Source of the DNA: the human T2T-CHM13v2.0 reference genome, Homo sapiens
Length of the DNA stretch: 64,000 nt
Reading direction: 5' to 3' (one strand)
Assembly: GCF_009914755.1 (NCBI RefSeq)
Contig: NC_060934.1
A program made the position numbers and the translations under genes. Below are positions 31,861 through 46,875 of the stretch, piece by piece (within the stretch, counting starts at the first letter, position 1; each line of letters starts with the position of its first letter). The notes under the pieces are model-generated. The model did not search any database. It worked only from the letters and a program-made list of their open reading frames with translations, and was not told the origin of the DNA.

Positions 31861-34800
31861 AAGAGCAAGTGAGTGCTACTTCCCACTAAGATAGAGGGTA
31901 AAGAATACCCCAAACACAGGCAGAGGGACTCAGATCCAGGTGGCCAGGGATAGCAAGCAAGGCTAGTTTTGTCTATATAACCTTGACTTTCCCAGGTTTG
32001 GTCCTTACCCTGTTCACATAGGATGAAAGCCCCGAAGTCTCTTGTACCACAGCTAAGGGAGAGATAATCCAGTCTCCAAGGCAAATGCTTGGGAGTGCCT
32101 TCACTCAAGAGCCACCGAGGGAATGTCCCTATGCCAAACCATAGCCACCATGAGAAGGCCAGCTTCCACACAAAGCCTGGGCTGCAGGGCTACTGCTACT
32201 AGGCTAATGGGGCAGTACCTGCTTCTGAGCAAAAAGAAAAAGACTTTCATGGCTTTGTTAGGATGGCACACTGGAGTCTAGATTGCAATTGTCAGCCCCC
32301 CTCATCCCTTTACCCTTTGTGATCATCTGCACCCCTTCTAGCCACAGGCCTCAGAGGCTAGTCCAGGAACAGGAGTATATAATACATTGTCTTCTACTCT
32401 CCTGGTCTCATCTCTCCCAAGAGAAGAGGCTTGACCTTCAGCCATAGCGAAGGCATGAAGACTTTGGGCCCCCAGGGCTACATCACAGCCTCAGGCCCTG
32501 TAGGCACATCTCACCCCACCCCTCAACCTGTCACGGGTAGCCAGTGGGTAGCATAAGTAGTCTAGGCCCTGATCTGCCTCTAGCAGACATACGTGTTTGC
32601 TACTTCTGGTTCTTCATGTTGGCTTTGGCCCAAGTCTGCCAACTCTTCCCCAGGAGTCCTGGAACCTACAGAGGTAAAAGGGGGGTCAGAAAAGTCACCC
32701 CTGGTAGAGCCCTGGGTTCTGTAGAGACAAGGACTCAGCTACTGGCCTGGTCAGCCTGAAGGGGCTGCTCAGTGCCCTCAGGACCCCTGATAGAATGGGC
32801 GACAGTACTCAACGTAGGTCCACACCTAACTAGGTACAAGCAGAAACCCAAATGCCACTGTGGATAGGGGAGGTTTTACCTGAATAGACGTCCAGGAGCT
32901 GTAACAAGAATGTGGGAGGCTTTAAGGCAGATGTGGGAAGATACTTCTGCTGAGTATGAACCAGGGGCCTTGAGGCTGAAGTCTTGTTTTAGCAAGAGGT
33001 TTAGTCTGTGAGGCAACTGCAGATTCTCAGAAGGAATAGTAACCAAGTCATGTAGTATAGGGATGAGCCCCACGCAAGAACTGTAAGTCCTTTGAGCAGA
33101 GGTGGCTTGGTCTTCTCAGCATGTCTTCCCAGAGCCAGACAGCCCCACCTATCCCATGGGCCAGCCTGGACAGGTTCAGAGTTGAATGGAGCCCACATTA
33201 CTCAGTCATGTGGGTCTCTAGTTCCCTGTGTGTCCTGGACTCCAAGGGGAGAATCAGATGCTGCTTGTGGGAAAGACCAGTGCTCCCAGAGAAAGATAAG
33301 AAAGATCCCTAGTTTTCTCCTGTGCCAGCTGCATGCCTGCTGGGAAGATTTCCTGGCTGCTCCACAGCAATGACTGTTGGGGAATCTACTGCTCACGTGT
33401 TCCGTTCAGTGTCAGGGTGAGGATGCCCAGCTGCAGGGCCACAACTGGCCAGTGTCATCCTCTGCTGAGGTCTACATAGAGATCAGGGCCCCCAACCAAG
33501 CTCAGCAGTGTCTGGCTTCAAACTCCAGCTTGGTCCAACACAAATTCTGGTTTAAGTAGGAACACATACTGTTGACTTGAAACACCAAAACCTTTTACAA
33601 AGAATCTGGAAAGTTCTAACGTTGGGTGGCATCTCATAGCTGCCAGTGCTTCAGACCAGATCAGTCCACCTAGTCTTTGCATGGCTCTGAAGAATGCCCA
33701 CAAGTTGGGCACAGTCTAAGACAGCAGCACTTCCCCCTCTACCATTCTAACCTTTACCCTCAGACCTAGCTGTTGCAGGGGGTTGGTTCTCCCTACTCTA
33801 ACCTATAGCCTCCTACCTATTCTCCCCACAGGGCCTCTTATCCTTTCAAGGGGCTCGAGTTGGAGAAAATAAGGAACCCCTGTATTTGTAGGATATATGT
33901 ACTTGTGATCTCAGCCTAGTCTTAGATGTGGTCAGGCCAGGAACAAGTGATGGCTTGGACAGCCTCATGTAGAGCCACCTTCTGCTCAGGACAGAGGACC
34001 AGCTCCAGAGCCATGCTACTAGGATGTTGTGAGAGCATAGTCACGGCTTCCCAATAGTACAGATCTCCCTGTGAGGAGGCAGAGAGTTAGGGAGGCCACA
34101 GTACCCAGGAGAGATACCCCAAGACTTCTCTCCATAGACAGTCTGGCCCTGGGAGCCTATTCCCATCTCCTAGACTATGATGTTATAATGCTTGAAGTTT
34201 GTCTGTCACTAACAGGTCTCAGGGCTGGGAGGGCCACGTGAGAACCTAGATGGACCCGATTTCCCCACAGTTTTCTCTACAAAACCGTCTGGGCTTAAGC
34301 CGTTTGAAGCTAGTTCCATGCCACAGTTCTGCATTATTTTGTGTTAAGCTAGACCTCAGGTCCTTATAGAGAGCTTCAAACTTCTACACCAACCATTGGG
34401 TGTTTACTGGCCTCTTTCCCCTTTTCTTTCCCCAATTTCTGCTGTCTAAACAGATTCCATCATCCCCAGAAATGCTGCCTGGACCCAGAGTCAGATCCCA
34501 TGAGATCCAGTGTCTTACCGCCCTGCCCTGCTTTGTCACCCATACCCAGCAGAGGCCCTCTGCCTGGGTCATTTGTTTCTACCTCAGCACATCCTAGGGC
34601 TAGGGTGAGGAAGCCCACAGAAGTTAACATCTTCCCAGAACCCTCTAGGCTTCTCATGCTTGTTTCCTAGGATATTAGTCTAGAACACTGTAGGCAAAGC
34701 AGCTTCTACCTCGATGTAGCCCTGTTCAGCAATCCCATCCCCACAGCCACTTTTCTTTCTTATATCCCCAAGGCCACTCCCGTTTGAGGTGGTAGAAAAG

Positions 34801-37800
34801 AGAAGGAACAAGACTCAAGAGGCCCAAGGATACTATACAGGCAAGACCGTTTGTTCTCCCCTTATACAATGTGATAAAGACATCCTCAGATTCCTGGCTA
34901 ACACCCAGCCCCCTTTGTATCTGGCCCCAGTCCTCCCTGGATAGCCCAGTTGGAAAACTTTAGCTGCTAGGGTCCTAGCACCAGCTGACTTAGTGTCACA
35001 GGAAAGAGTTATGCCACTCAGAACCACCAGTGCTTCCAGCAAGGCTATAACTTGCTTTCTCCCTGCAGACATAGGGAATTTCAGCCTTATTTCTGGATAG
35101 AAATGACAGTCTAGACACGAGGATTGGCATATTTTATATGGGCATGACTTGATGCCCATGAAATCAGACACTGGATCTCAAAGAGGAGTCCCAAAGTCTG
35201 GACCAGCTCAGGACAAGTGCCAGCAAGTGGACCTTCAGCTTCCAAAGCCTTCCAAGCCTCTGGAGTTGCCACAGAACATCCCAGTCTCTCCAAAGAGACT
35301 CAAGGTGGAGGATTTGAGCACTTAAACCTATCTTCTGGTGAATCTTGTAAGTTGGGAAAGAATGAAATAAGCTCCTTCTCCAATATCACCCCTAGTTTCT
35401 CTCTGCATCTGATAGTGCTATGCCTTGACTTAGTCTAAGAACCTCTATACGTAGGTGATCTGTGGCCTCAGTTATAAGAGTCCTGTGGGCAGCTTGCCTG
35501 GCATCACTATACATGTAGTGTTAAGCATGTCCATATATCCTACCTGGCTGATTGGGCCACCCTCAGGGAGTGATGGGGACTCCTAGTATCCCATCAACTC
35601 AGCTTATTTTCCCTGGTCACCATTGTACCCCAACTAACACCAGAGATAAGAACCTCAACAATATGAGGCAGAACAGGCCAGATGCCAGAAAGAAGGCTGG
35701 TGAGCCACTGCCTAGGGATGCTTCCCTGCCTGAGGATTAATCCTTCCCTGCTACAGTCACACAACTGCCTCCTTCAGGGAGGGGAGAGTGCTCAGCTACG
35801 TGACCCAAAGTTCAGGATGGTAATTGATGTCAAAAAGAGGAAGAAAGTTTGCATGTAGGTAACCAGGAGTGAGATCATGAGAAATGCAGGGTCTTACCCA
35901 CATTTGCCCCATCTGTGTATTCAGAGTGGGTTCAGAGAAAACACTGAAGTGTCTCATCCACAGCCACCACAGCCCCATACCCTAGTAGTCCAAGGCCAGT
36001 TTAGTACCTAGACATCCAAAACCAGTACAAGGAACATCCATCAGATCAGTCTTGATGAATACTGATGTGAGCAAACGGGAGAGGTTAGAGTCTAAGTGAA
36101 GCAGCAGCCTGTCAAGATTAGGGAGAGCAGTCACTGGGAGACCCAGAACACAGACAAAGACACAAAACATCTTCCTCCATGCTGCTGGCCATGGAGATAA
36201 CCCCGAGTTAGAGGATGTCAGGAAGTCCCACCTGGGAGAAGACAGAACAGGCCAGGGGGACCAGGACAATGATCCTCAAAGACAAGCCCCCACACACATA
36301 CATGCTGAGCAGGGCAGTGAGCCAGGGCATAAGGAGGGATCTCCAGGTGCTGCCTGCTGTGTCCTTTCCTGCCCTCCCCCTTTAAGGAATGGAGACTCAA
36401 AGGAAAGGTGAGAGAAGTTGCCTGGGCAGGGCTCCAAACATGGTGCAGGAAGAGCGAGGTAAGGATCCAAGCCCAGGGCATCCCCAGCCCCTTACCCCTA
36501 CACCCAGGCAGCTGGGGGCTCCCAATAGCAAGGCTTCAGGCAGTAATTCCGGGAATCCCACCACAGCCTCCTGCTTTTCTAAAGGCTCTTCTGCCCTGGG
36601 CCACAGGATGGCCCCTGGGGCATAAAGTACACACTCTGTGGTACCTTCTAGGCAGGAGCTGGTTGACCTGGTTATCCAGCCTCAGTCATTCTCCATCAGT
36701 GGAGTTCCAGGGGTTCTCCATGGAGTAGGAAGGCCCCAGGCCAGCTTATGGGCAGGCCCCAGGGAGAAACCTTGAGCAGCAGTGAGCTAGTGGCAGGTCA
36801 GGAGGTACTGATAGAGGTCTTTACCTCTGATAAGGCCAAGACACCAATTCAAATGGCCAAGAGCACTGTTTGGGCTCCTATGACTGGCTGAACAGCCCCC
36901 AGGTCTACATGTGTGTCATAGAACCAGATCCATGCCTGGCTAAGTCCCCATACGCTAAATGAAGGCTAGAAGCAACATCAGAACATCAAGCAGACGGAAT
37001 ATCAGTTTTTAAACAGTGTGCTTTTCTATCCATATTCTTGTGGCAGAACCCTCAAGTGTTTTTCCCTTAAAAATTTTAATCCAAGGTCTAACTTTGGTGT
37101 TTAACAGATAAAGATGACATCTTTAGAAGTATGAGAAAGTAATATTTGTTAGCTCAAGATATCTATGGAAAAACCAGTGGTGTTCTGTCTTTAGTTTGTA
37201 CCAAAGAAGATGACAATGTCTAAACTCTTTCTGAAGGTGGCCTAAGAGCTTAGAAGAAAGAACCCAGGAAAACAAGACTATGTACTGTTTCCCAGGAACA
37301 AGGACAAATGAAGCAAGGTTAATATGACAAGTAGTTCTCTGGTGCCCAACATCGACAAAGTCCAGAAAGAAACTAAGCATCAGAGATCTAGCATGGATGG
37401 GAGGGACCTGATAAAGGAGACATGTCTCACTGGGGCATTCAACCCCCAAGCTTAGAAGGGCCCCAAAGTCATAGCTGCAGGGAGCAACTAGGTTCACAGG
37501 AACAGCAATGATTCCCTGTCACAGCTGAGGCAAGGAGATGGGCAGTGATGAAGTTGGTAGGGAGACAACTTCCCAGTCCATGAGGACAAGCGTCAGTCCA
37601 GGTAATAGTAAGCAGTGCCATCATAACAGATTCAGATCCAGGCAGTGTGACAAAGGTTTCTTTTGTTCACATCAAGGGGGTAAGGTGGTATGCGCAAGGC
37701 TCTTCCTAGTGTAGGCCTAGGTATGGCCTGTCTTCAGCTGCATTGTCTAGAATAGGTGGAGCCTCCAGGCAGGGTCACTTCTGCATGGCAAAAGCCTGGG

Positions 37801-39199
37801 GAAGGCAGAGCCACTCCAATTCCTCAAGCCAGAAGCAACATTGCCTTTACTCATATCATGTTGGGGGAGATCAGTCATGTGACCAGAAGCACGGGGACTA
37901 GGAAATAGAGAAGGCATATAGATGGTCATGAAGATCAATGACAGCAAGGTCCTTATTCTCTTGGCCCAGCCACTACATGCTGGACTTGTAAGAGACAGTA
38001 CTACCACCACACTGAAAGATCGGTGAAGACAGCTTCTGGGGAACAGCCCCCAAAAGCCAGGCAGAGATGCCAACTGTGGCCTCCCATACATGGTAGGCTT
38101 TACCCATCACCAAGTACTAGAGATACCAGCACAGGAAGACATTTGAGGGCCAGAAACATTCAGGAATAGCCTTGTACAGAGATCAAAGAGAAAGTTCCTC
38201 CCTTTGACACAGGGATAAGTCACTGTCAAGGCAAAGCTCAGAGTTTTGCAGCCTATGTCATTTACTAGGGGCATCTGCTTCTCAGCAGCTTCTGTGACAG
38301 GTCCTCATTCCCAAAGCATCAGGACCTGAAGTCAGAGTCAAGAGGGCCAGCTGCAGAGGCTTCATAGGTGCAATCAGAGCACCAGCCTGATGTGAGCCGC
38401 AGCAGATCTGAGTGAAATTCTGTGAAACTCTCAAAAGTTGGCTTGACCCAAGTCAGTGGCATGATCATAAGTCTGCAATTCCCATACAGTCATTCACCTG
38501 AGGCACAGGCCTACCATTCCCTGCCACATACGAAGTAGTACTCCAGCATGGAGACTCCATGTTTAGAGGATGTTGAGTAGCACAGTCAGCTGTAAGCAAC
38601 CATCTGTTCCAAAGCAGCTGTCTTTCCTAGGAGAGCACCCTTGGGAATCTCAGTGATAATTTAAGCATAAAAACCACTGAGAAGCTCTATTAAGAGAGGC
38701 TACTGGGAGTCAACTAGGTCCTTATCAGGCCTCTGCTCACACGTAGTCTGAGCAGATTCACTTACTATTGGATCACTTTGTGAAGTAGCTACTGTTCATT
38801 CAGGAGAAGCAGGAAATATGGTAAATTGCCCAGGAGAACCAGGACGTACCTCTTTCTGCAAGTATCTCAAACCCTCTGCAGAAGTAGCTGGGGCTAGAGT
38901 TGTCTCTAAAAAGCATAGCACCCCACATTCAGGCAAGGATCATCAGTTTATATAGATAGCTTGCCAGAGGTTGGACACTGGATATTTGTCCAATGCTGGA
39001 ATAACATTTTGAATTCCTTCCTAATCACATGGCGATGATTTAAACTGAGGGATCAGACTCTTGGTTCTCTAATCCAGTAGAGGTACTGTCATTAGTGTCT
39101 AACATAATACAACACAGAACACTAACATCTGTAATAGATTCACATTCAAGACTTTCAGCTAGACTACATTGAGCATTTAGATGCTAATTCTAGGCTCTA

Positions 39200-39600
39200 G
39201 GATATAAGAGAAGGACAAGCTAGACAACATTGAGCAGCATTGAAACCAATCTAGAAGGTGAGACATCTGCAGGACTATTTCCCTGACTCCAAAGATCTAA
39301 AGGAACTAGATTGAGACTAGATATAGCCAGATATAAGGCATGTTACTGGATTCAGAACTGAATGAACCATAAAGGATACTTAAGAGGTCAGTGGGAAAGT
39401 CTAGAATATGAACGAGCACTCACTGACGTGAAAGACATAAGTAGGTTAGGAGAGTACCTGCGGTTTGGTATCATTTCAGATATCTTTATATATGAAAAGT
39501 ACTAAGCCATTATAGTAGTGATCTCTAGTGATAGGAACATGTTTTTGCATGTCTACTTTATGTAGTAATATACTGCTATAAAAAAGCTACTAAAACGTTG
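39200..39600 (+). mobile_element. Old L1MC-like 3'UTR fragment, very degenerate
   Basis: ataaaggatacttaagaggtcagtgggaaagtctagaatatgaac resembles the L1MC 3' end. Confidence 0.35.
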
Positions 39601-40049
39601 TAAGTACAGAATAATCTAGAAAAGCATAGTCTGTTCTTATTTGACTAAAGCCAGAGACATAATGGGCACTAAGCTCTTAAATGGTCCCATAAGTTCAGAC
39701 CCTTGCTATGTCTGAACCTGAAAAACTCCTCTGGAGATAATGCTGGAGAAGATATTTGCCAGACAACCCCTGAGGTGGGAGGGGTGTGGGTGTTGGGGGG
39801 TGCCAGGGGAAGTGCTCTGGAATCAGCCTGACTTGGACACATCAGCTCTGCTGACAGGAAGATCACCACGATGGGTAAAGTCAATCCTGGGCTTGTGTGA
39901 GGAGTTGGAAGAAATTATTTCCAGGCCTGGTTGTGTCCCAGTCATTCCAGAAGGTAGAGCTTGCAGACTTGATTTGTGGCAGAATGATTCTTTCACCACT
40001 ACGGAAGTCACAACTCCCAGCCAGAAGTAGTGTCTTAAGCCCATTTCAC

Positions 40050-41590
40050 TTATACACATGGATATAAAAAACTAAGCTAGAAGTAAGCTAACTGAGTCTA
40101 ACAGTGTATTTAGGATTATACCATGATCAACTAGCTTTTATCTTAGGACTTCAGAAAAATCTACCCAAGTGTCTTCCTACATTCATATGTGAAGAAGGAA
40201 AAGGCACTTTCCAAAGATCTAAGTAATCCAGCCATTCAGTATCTAGCAGACTTAGCAAGTCAATATAAGGGAGTGTTCTTATCTATATGGTTCCTAGGAG
40301 TTAGAAAAGGTTCTAATAGGACAATCCAGGTAAAATCAGTTCCTAGAATACAGACTAAGACTTAGTTCCTCCTAGAGAAGTTTATAACCTTAAAATAATT
40401 CTAAAATCCTTGCTTAGTTTTTTGTTTCCAGTGAGGTTAGATCTTGCTTAATTTAAGAGCACAAGCTTACTCTAAAATTCACATGAGGAAGACAACCCAT
40501 AAGTAGCAAAACCAACCACAGTATGAAAGAAGGGGACCGGCTCTGTCCGTTTAGGGTCACGCTAGAGCTATTGGGGTATTTGCACAAGGGCAAATGGACC
40601 AAAGCAGCAAGGCCCAAGTGTCCACGGCCATTAACTATGATGAAAGAGCTACCATGAATCAATGGTGAAGGACAAATTTGTATAGGGAAGCCAGCTTCTC
40701 TAGAAGAAAAATGTAACTGGATACCATCACATTGTATGTTCCTAATCTTTTCAGGAAAGCTTCTTAGCCAGAGTTATTTCTGTAAAATGAAGAGAATAGA
40801 GAATACAAATGATATGACCCGAAGATAGGACACAGCTTCATCAGACCCTAATAGCACAAGCCATAAGCAAAGACTTGAGCAGCATCAAAATGAAGCTTCT
40901 GTTCAATGGAAGGTACTGTGAATAAAGCTCAGATAGATTAAGGTGTCATATCTGAAGCCAATAAGGAATTCTCTGAGAAGAATTCCTCTAAAAGGAGACA
41001 GAGGAGAACCCCAAAAGAAAAGTGAGGGACACTCAAATTGCTGTCATCAGAAAGTGTTCAAAGTCAAATGCAAGCAACACGATAAGATCCCTTCACACCC
41101 ATTGGGCTACCAAGTGCTAGACAGCTGGGTTACATGGAGGAGTCGGGGTACAGGAATACTCATGCATCATCCTGGGAACATTCCGGAGAACTATCTGGTA
41201 TCACCTTAGTCAAGTTAAGCTGTTCTATGCCTGGGAGTAAAAAAATTTGTCCTAGAGGTAAATGAGGGTACCTATATACAGCTGTTCTCAGGGTTGTTTG
41301 TAGTGACAGAGATGGCGGTAATTGGGTGCCTGTTCCTGGAAGAGCGGCAGGAAATGGTGTGGTGGCAGCATGCCATGGAGTACCACATGCAGTAGAGACT
41401 AGATGTCTACATAGGTGTGTGTCAGGTGTGACCGAGCAGAGCAAAGATGGTGTGTAGTTAATGTATGCACATGACACTTTGACAGTGCAAGGGAACAGAC
41501 CTTGTATATTTGATTGTGGGTGACTGGGGTTGGCGGGAATGACAGCAGGGAGATGGAATAAGTAGAAGCACTCACCTGTAGTCCAAGGAT
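40050..41590 (+). mobile_element. Old L1M ORF2/3'UTR remnant, heavily deleted
   Basis: ggattataccatgatcaa, caaaatgaagcttctgttcaatggaagg, tcatcagaaagtgttcaaagtcaaa and ccatggagtaccacatgcag occur in L1 order. Confidence 0.6.
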
Positions 41591-41621
41591 GTTAGCATAC
41601 CACAAATTAACAGCATCATTG

Positions 41622-41987
<366 letters not shown>

Positions 41988-44059
41988 TCAGGCTTCAGAA
42001 GCATGAAGATACTAACAGAAATAAGGCTATGCTATGGACTTGTTTGTCTCTTATTCTAAGATTCCCAGGCCCCTTGCTTTGGCATCTGTCCAAGTCCCCT
42101 AGCCAAACAGTGCTATTCTCAGCATGGACACCTTGACCAAGCGTACTCTGTACATGCCTACAACTACATCCCATGCTTTTCTATGAACACATTCTCATCT
42201 AGTTCTAGCTTTCTTCAGCATTATAGGTCACAGAAGGAATGTCCCCTTAAACCCTTGGTCTTCTACCCACCTTGGGGTCAATTTAAGCAGAGGCTGTCCT
42301 TCCCCATTGATTATTGTGGCAGACTCTAGTGTCTGTGGGAATTCAGAAGGAGCCACATGAGAAGTGATAGGAAGAGACAGAGCCATCTTAACCCAAGGGC
42401 ATAGGGACCAGAAGCTGGAGAAGGTGGTTTTAGGAGAAGCTAGAGGGACAAAAACCTAAGATGTGTGTCATCCCTCCAGGACCAAGTCCAAAGAGAAGTC
42501 TTCTAGGAGCCACTGTGGCCACATCCCCATACTGCCATGCAGCTATTGAGTAGTGCCTTCCAAGACAGATAGGCCAAGATATAGATCTAAGGAACATCTA
42601 TGTATTATGTATTATCACACCTGAGCCAGCATGTAGGGGATAAATGTTCACTCCCATGTGCCATATTGTCCAAGTTGAACTTGACCAGGCTGAGTAGCAG
42701 ACCTAATGCCCAAGCTTAGGTATCCAGGAATAGGAATCCCATGATTCAGGACTAAGGTGGCCCCCGACAGGCCACCTGACATCTATATAACTGTACATTA
42801 CATCCCCAAAAGATAAAGGCCCAAGAAGCCCTGTCCTTGGTCACAACCTGGGCTCTGCTGCATGAGCTCAAATACCCCTCTCCAGTGCTAACTTGAAGGT
42901 GAACTTCCTGGCTGACTTCCTTGGTTAGTACGTCCCCCCTGAGGGCCAATGCCAGTTCTCTTCCAGCAGCTTTTATACCATGTTCCTGGGAGGGACCAAA
43001 GCAGGATCCTTGGTTTGTCCCTTCTTCCCAGATGTAGCCTGATCTGGACTACGCCCTGAACCCCAACGGTGCTTTGCAGTTTCCATATTGAAGTCTATAG
43101 TGAAACAGCCTAAATCTGTCTCACCTACTAGGCAATTCTTCAATGCCTTCATAACAAGTGACCAGGCATTATGATTAGTTGGCAGCATTCATCTTCAAGC
43201 ACAAATCCTTCACTTCCCATATAACCTGAAACCCTGACCACCTGCTATTAAAAAAAAAGAAAAAAAAAGCCAGGCCATGGGCTAGTTGGATTCTACTTGG
43301 GGGCCCCAAATTCTACCAGAGACAGATACTATTTTTATGGGTCCCTTCTTCTATGAGCCCCTCATTCTATGAGCCCAGGAAACTAGGGCCAAGCAGCAGC
43401 ATAGAGAATGGAGATCAAAGTCAACCAGGTGATAGGGCAGGTCATCACTAACCTGCAGGCCACTACACTCCAGTGGTCCCCACTAGACCTGTGAGCTCAA
43501 CTCCATGGAGGCAAGAGCCCAAGGACATCCTTGTATTACAGGAGACTGAAAGCTATAGAGCAGACAAGATCCAGTCAAGCAGGGGCAGGAGAAGATGACC
43601 ACGGCAGTGAGGGATAAAGGTTTATTTGTATTTTCCCTGCCAGCCAGAAATGGCAGATTCAGGTAAGGTATGCAACAACTTTTTCTAACAAATGCCAGAG
43701 GTCCATTCTTTATGTGTAGGCAAGAATGTAAATAGGGTCTTAGATTCCAAGGAAAAAATAAGACCTCACATTCAAAGTTCTAAAGGAGACCAACCTTATC
43801 AGGTTAAGGATATTCCCGGAGAAGGGTCAGTTCCCACACTCGGAACAACATAGCCAGTCTCAATGTCAGTGGCCACAGCTACTATGTCTGTTCCCCTCAG
43901 TTGTTGGCAATGGAGGCCTCAGGTAGAGGAGTTAAGAGCAGGCCTTACATCAGAGGTAACAACCCTGCAGAAAAACAGCCTGGAGAAAAGCAAAAAACCA
44001 GGGCCTAAATGGCAAGGATGCCCAAGCGCCACAGTTGCCAAGTGAGGCTAGTCACTCCA

Positions 44060-44255
44060 GGAGAATGAGGCCCCAGTGAAAGTGAAAGAAGTTCTATCAG
44101 AGTAATAGACTCATGGCTGCAGGAAAGAGATGTTGGGGGGAAAAATGAAGAGTGACTATTAGCAGGCATGGAGTTTATTTGGGGATGATAAATGTTCTAG
44201 AGTTGCAGTGATTGTACAACTTCGAATATATTAGGAGTCAAACCACACAATGATT
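44060..44255 (+). mobile_element. L1MB-like 3' end fragment
   Basis: ggagtttatttggggatgataaatgttctagagtt..gtgattgtacaac. Confidence 0.65.
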
Positions 44256-44688
44256 TGTGATCTAAAACTGTCACAAAGCTGCTGAGAGAAATTCCATGAG
44301 GTCTTAAGTCTGGAGAAAACTTTTGGTATTCGACTGAATCCCAGGAATTTTCAGTCATGAGGGAGGCCCATTTGGCCAGCTCCCAGGCCATTCTTCTATG
44401 CAATAAAGTAGATAAGAGATAGGAAAATGTTTATAAGCATGTTTATCCCTTCACAGAATCCAACACCAATACAATCTGTCAATATATCACCTGGAAACTA
44501 AGATTAACATGGTCAGCATACATGCAGATATCTACCACCACACCATCATAGTTTATATGAACTAAGTTTAGGGCTAGGTCTGGAGCATGTTCCACATGGA
44601 AGTGGTTGCATTCTGTTCTTTCATTGTAGTAGTACATGCCTGTTAAAGAGCTTGTAACCAATACATTCTTGAAGTTAGAAAACAATTT

Positions 44689-44966
44689 GGCTGGGCACAG
44701 TGGCTCATGTCTACAATCCCAGTAGGCATGGGAGGCTGAGACGGTTGGATCACTCCAGTCTGGGAGTTAGGCCAGCCTGGACAACATGGCAAAACCCCAC
44801 CTCTGCAAAAATTACGTAAGTTAGCCAGGTATGGTAGTGTGCACCTGTAGTCCCAGCTGCTCAGGAGGATGAGACAGGAGGATCACTAGGTGGTCAAGGC
44901 TGCAGTGAGCCGTGATTGTGCCACTGTACTCCAGCATGGGTGACAGAGCAAGACTGTCTCAGAAAG
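44689..44966 (+). mobile_element. AluJ with multiple small deletions and almost no tail
   Basis: AluJ-type ggtcaaggctgcagtgagccgtgat; ends agactgtctcagaaag. Confidence 0.9.
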
Positions 44967-46875
44967 GGGGAATATATTCATGACAAAGATGTTCTAATAT
45001 AAAAAATGTCATGTTATATTCTTGGTATAGTAGTCAACATCACTGGAAGATTACCCTTAAATGGTATTATAAGCAGTCACAGGAAAGCTTCATACAACTG
45101 GAAGATAAGTGGTTTCTTATGGAAAAAAATTTCATATGCAGATGCAGTAGGAAAGCTGACCCAGGGAACAGTGGTGGACACTATAGACAGGGTCCTGGGA
45201 GAGTAGACTCAGGTTAAGGACTCACAGGCCTTAGGGACTGAGCCAGGGAGCACAAAGGCTATGGAGTTCAACATGGTCGGGAAGCCCTTGCCAGGTTATA
45301 GCATGGGGGCCAGGCAGGACCAAGGTCAGTCACATTCACCTAACAGATGGCTGCAGCTGGCCTAAAGGAGGCAGTGGCAAAACTGCAGTTGAAACATGGT
45401 TATAAAGAGGCAGCACCAAAGCAGAACATCTCTAGACTGGAAATAGAATCAGAGAAAACAGACAATGGCCTCAACAGGCCCATTTCATAAGGCAGTAAGG
45501 GAATGCAGGTAGGACAGGCCTTAGAATGGGGAAGGCACCCTGGGACACCAGCAAACTGAACCTTCCCACCAGACTTCCCTGGAAACAGGTCAGGCACCAA
45601 TAAGGAGACCCAGTGGCTCAAGTGAAATCTACAGAAAAGCACCTGTGGCCCAAAAGGAAAGAGTGACACTGTAGACCTCAGGACTTCTCTGGGGTTGGCC
45701 ATATAACTGGCCACCTTAAGGACAGGAACAAGTCAATGGTAAAACATAAGACTGGACTTTAAGGCTATCAAAGGACAGGTCTGCTTCACCCACTTTGTCA
45801 TCCCTAGATGCCAATTCTGGAAGTCATCCTTCAGGTGTGACAAGAGAAACTCACATGATATCCTAACTGGGCCAGGCTAACCAGTAGACCTGATAGCCAA
45901 GCTTGGGAAAGGACTGTAGAATTAAGTTCTTCCTCCACTGACCCAGAAAGGGTCATATATACCTGTAAGTTATATCCCTATCAAAGAATAATCCCAGGTC
46001 CCATTCCTGGCCTTGCCATGCAAGTCCTGGTCTTCTCCATGGTCTTCCTGCAGAGCTGGCACCTGTGACTCCTTTGGTTGGCACAAGTTCCCTCTAGTCA
46101 CTAGTGCCAGCCTTTCCTCTATGAACCTTCCTGTAATGGTGCCATGAGGAAGGGCTGAGCCAGAAGTCCCAGGTTTTTCCTGAAGGTTGACCCTGACACC
46201 TACCCCCCAGAATCCCAGGGCTGCTAGAATGGGAATAAGAGTGAAACCTGTCCCTGGTTGACCTCTATGGTCAATATGGCCTTCCTGAGTTGGCTTATTT
46301 CCACATGGCTTCTAGATAGTGTCTAGAAGCAGTCAGGCCTGGATAGATCCCTAGTTTGAGGCAAAGCCAGATAATGGCTGTCATCTGTAGGTGCACAGAT
46401 CAAAGTGATATCTTAAGGACTTAGGACTGTCTGTTGTACATCTAGACCCAGGAAATTAACCCATCTCCCAGAGATCCCTGGCCTCAAACTTAGCCTTTTC
46501 CTGTTGATGCAATACACCTAAACATGACATCTTTCTCATAGGGTCCCACACATCCAGGAATTCTCTTATGTCTGCTTTTCCAAGGATACTAGAAGACTAA
46601 CACCTAAAAGTTAGGTGTACCAGAGATCCTGGGATCTCAAGCCTATGAGAGTCCCAAGGATATCGCTAGAGTCAATACAAGTAGAGCCAAATGACTTGCA
46701 TTTCACCTACTGGCAAGCTTCCTTAGGGGCCTGGCAGAGTACCAGGAGCCTCTTCTACCCAGCCAATACAGTTAGGATTTCAAAGGCAGAGCCGTTTATT
46801 CTTTCTACACACCATGTCCTACCTGCTATGCTATCACTGACTTATTAGGCTAGCAGCATCTCAACTTCATATTCA

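Noticed and set aside
34275-34330. aaaaccgt / ccgttt / gttccatgccac as possible A-MYB plus RFX promoter
   Set aside because: Only partial motif matches, no CpG-rich context, and no visible switch of asymmetry at this point.
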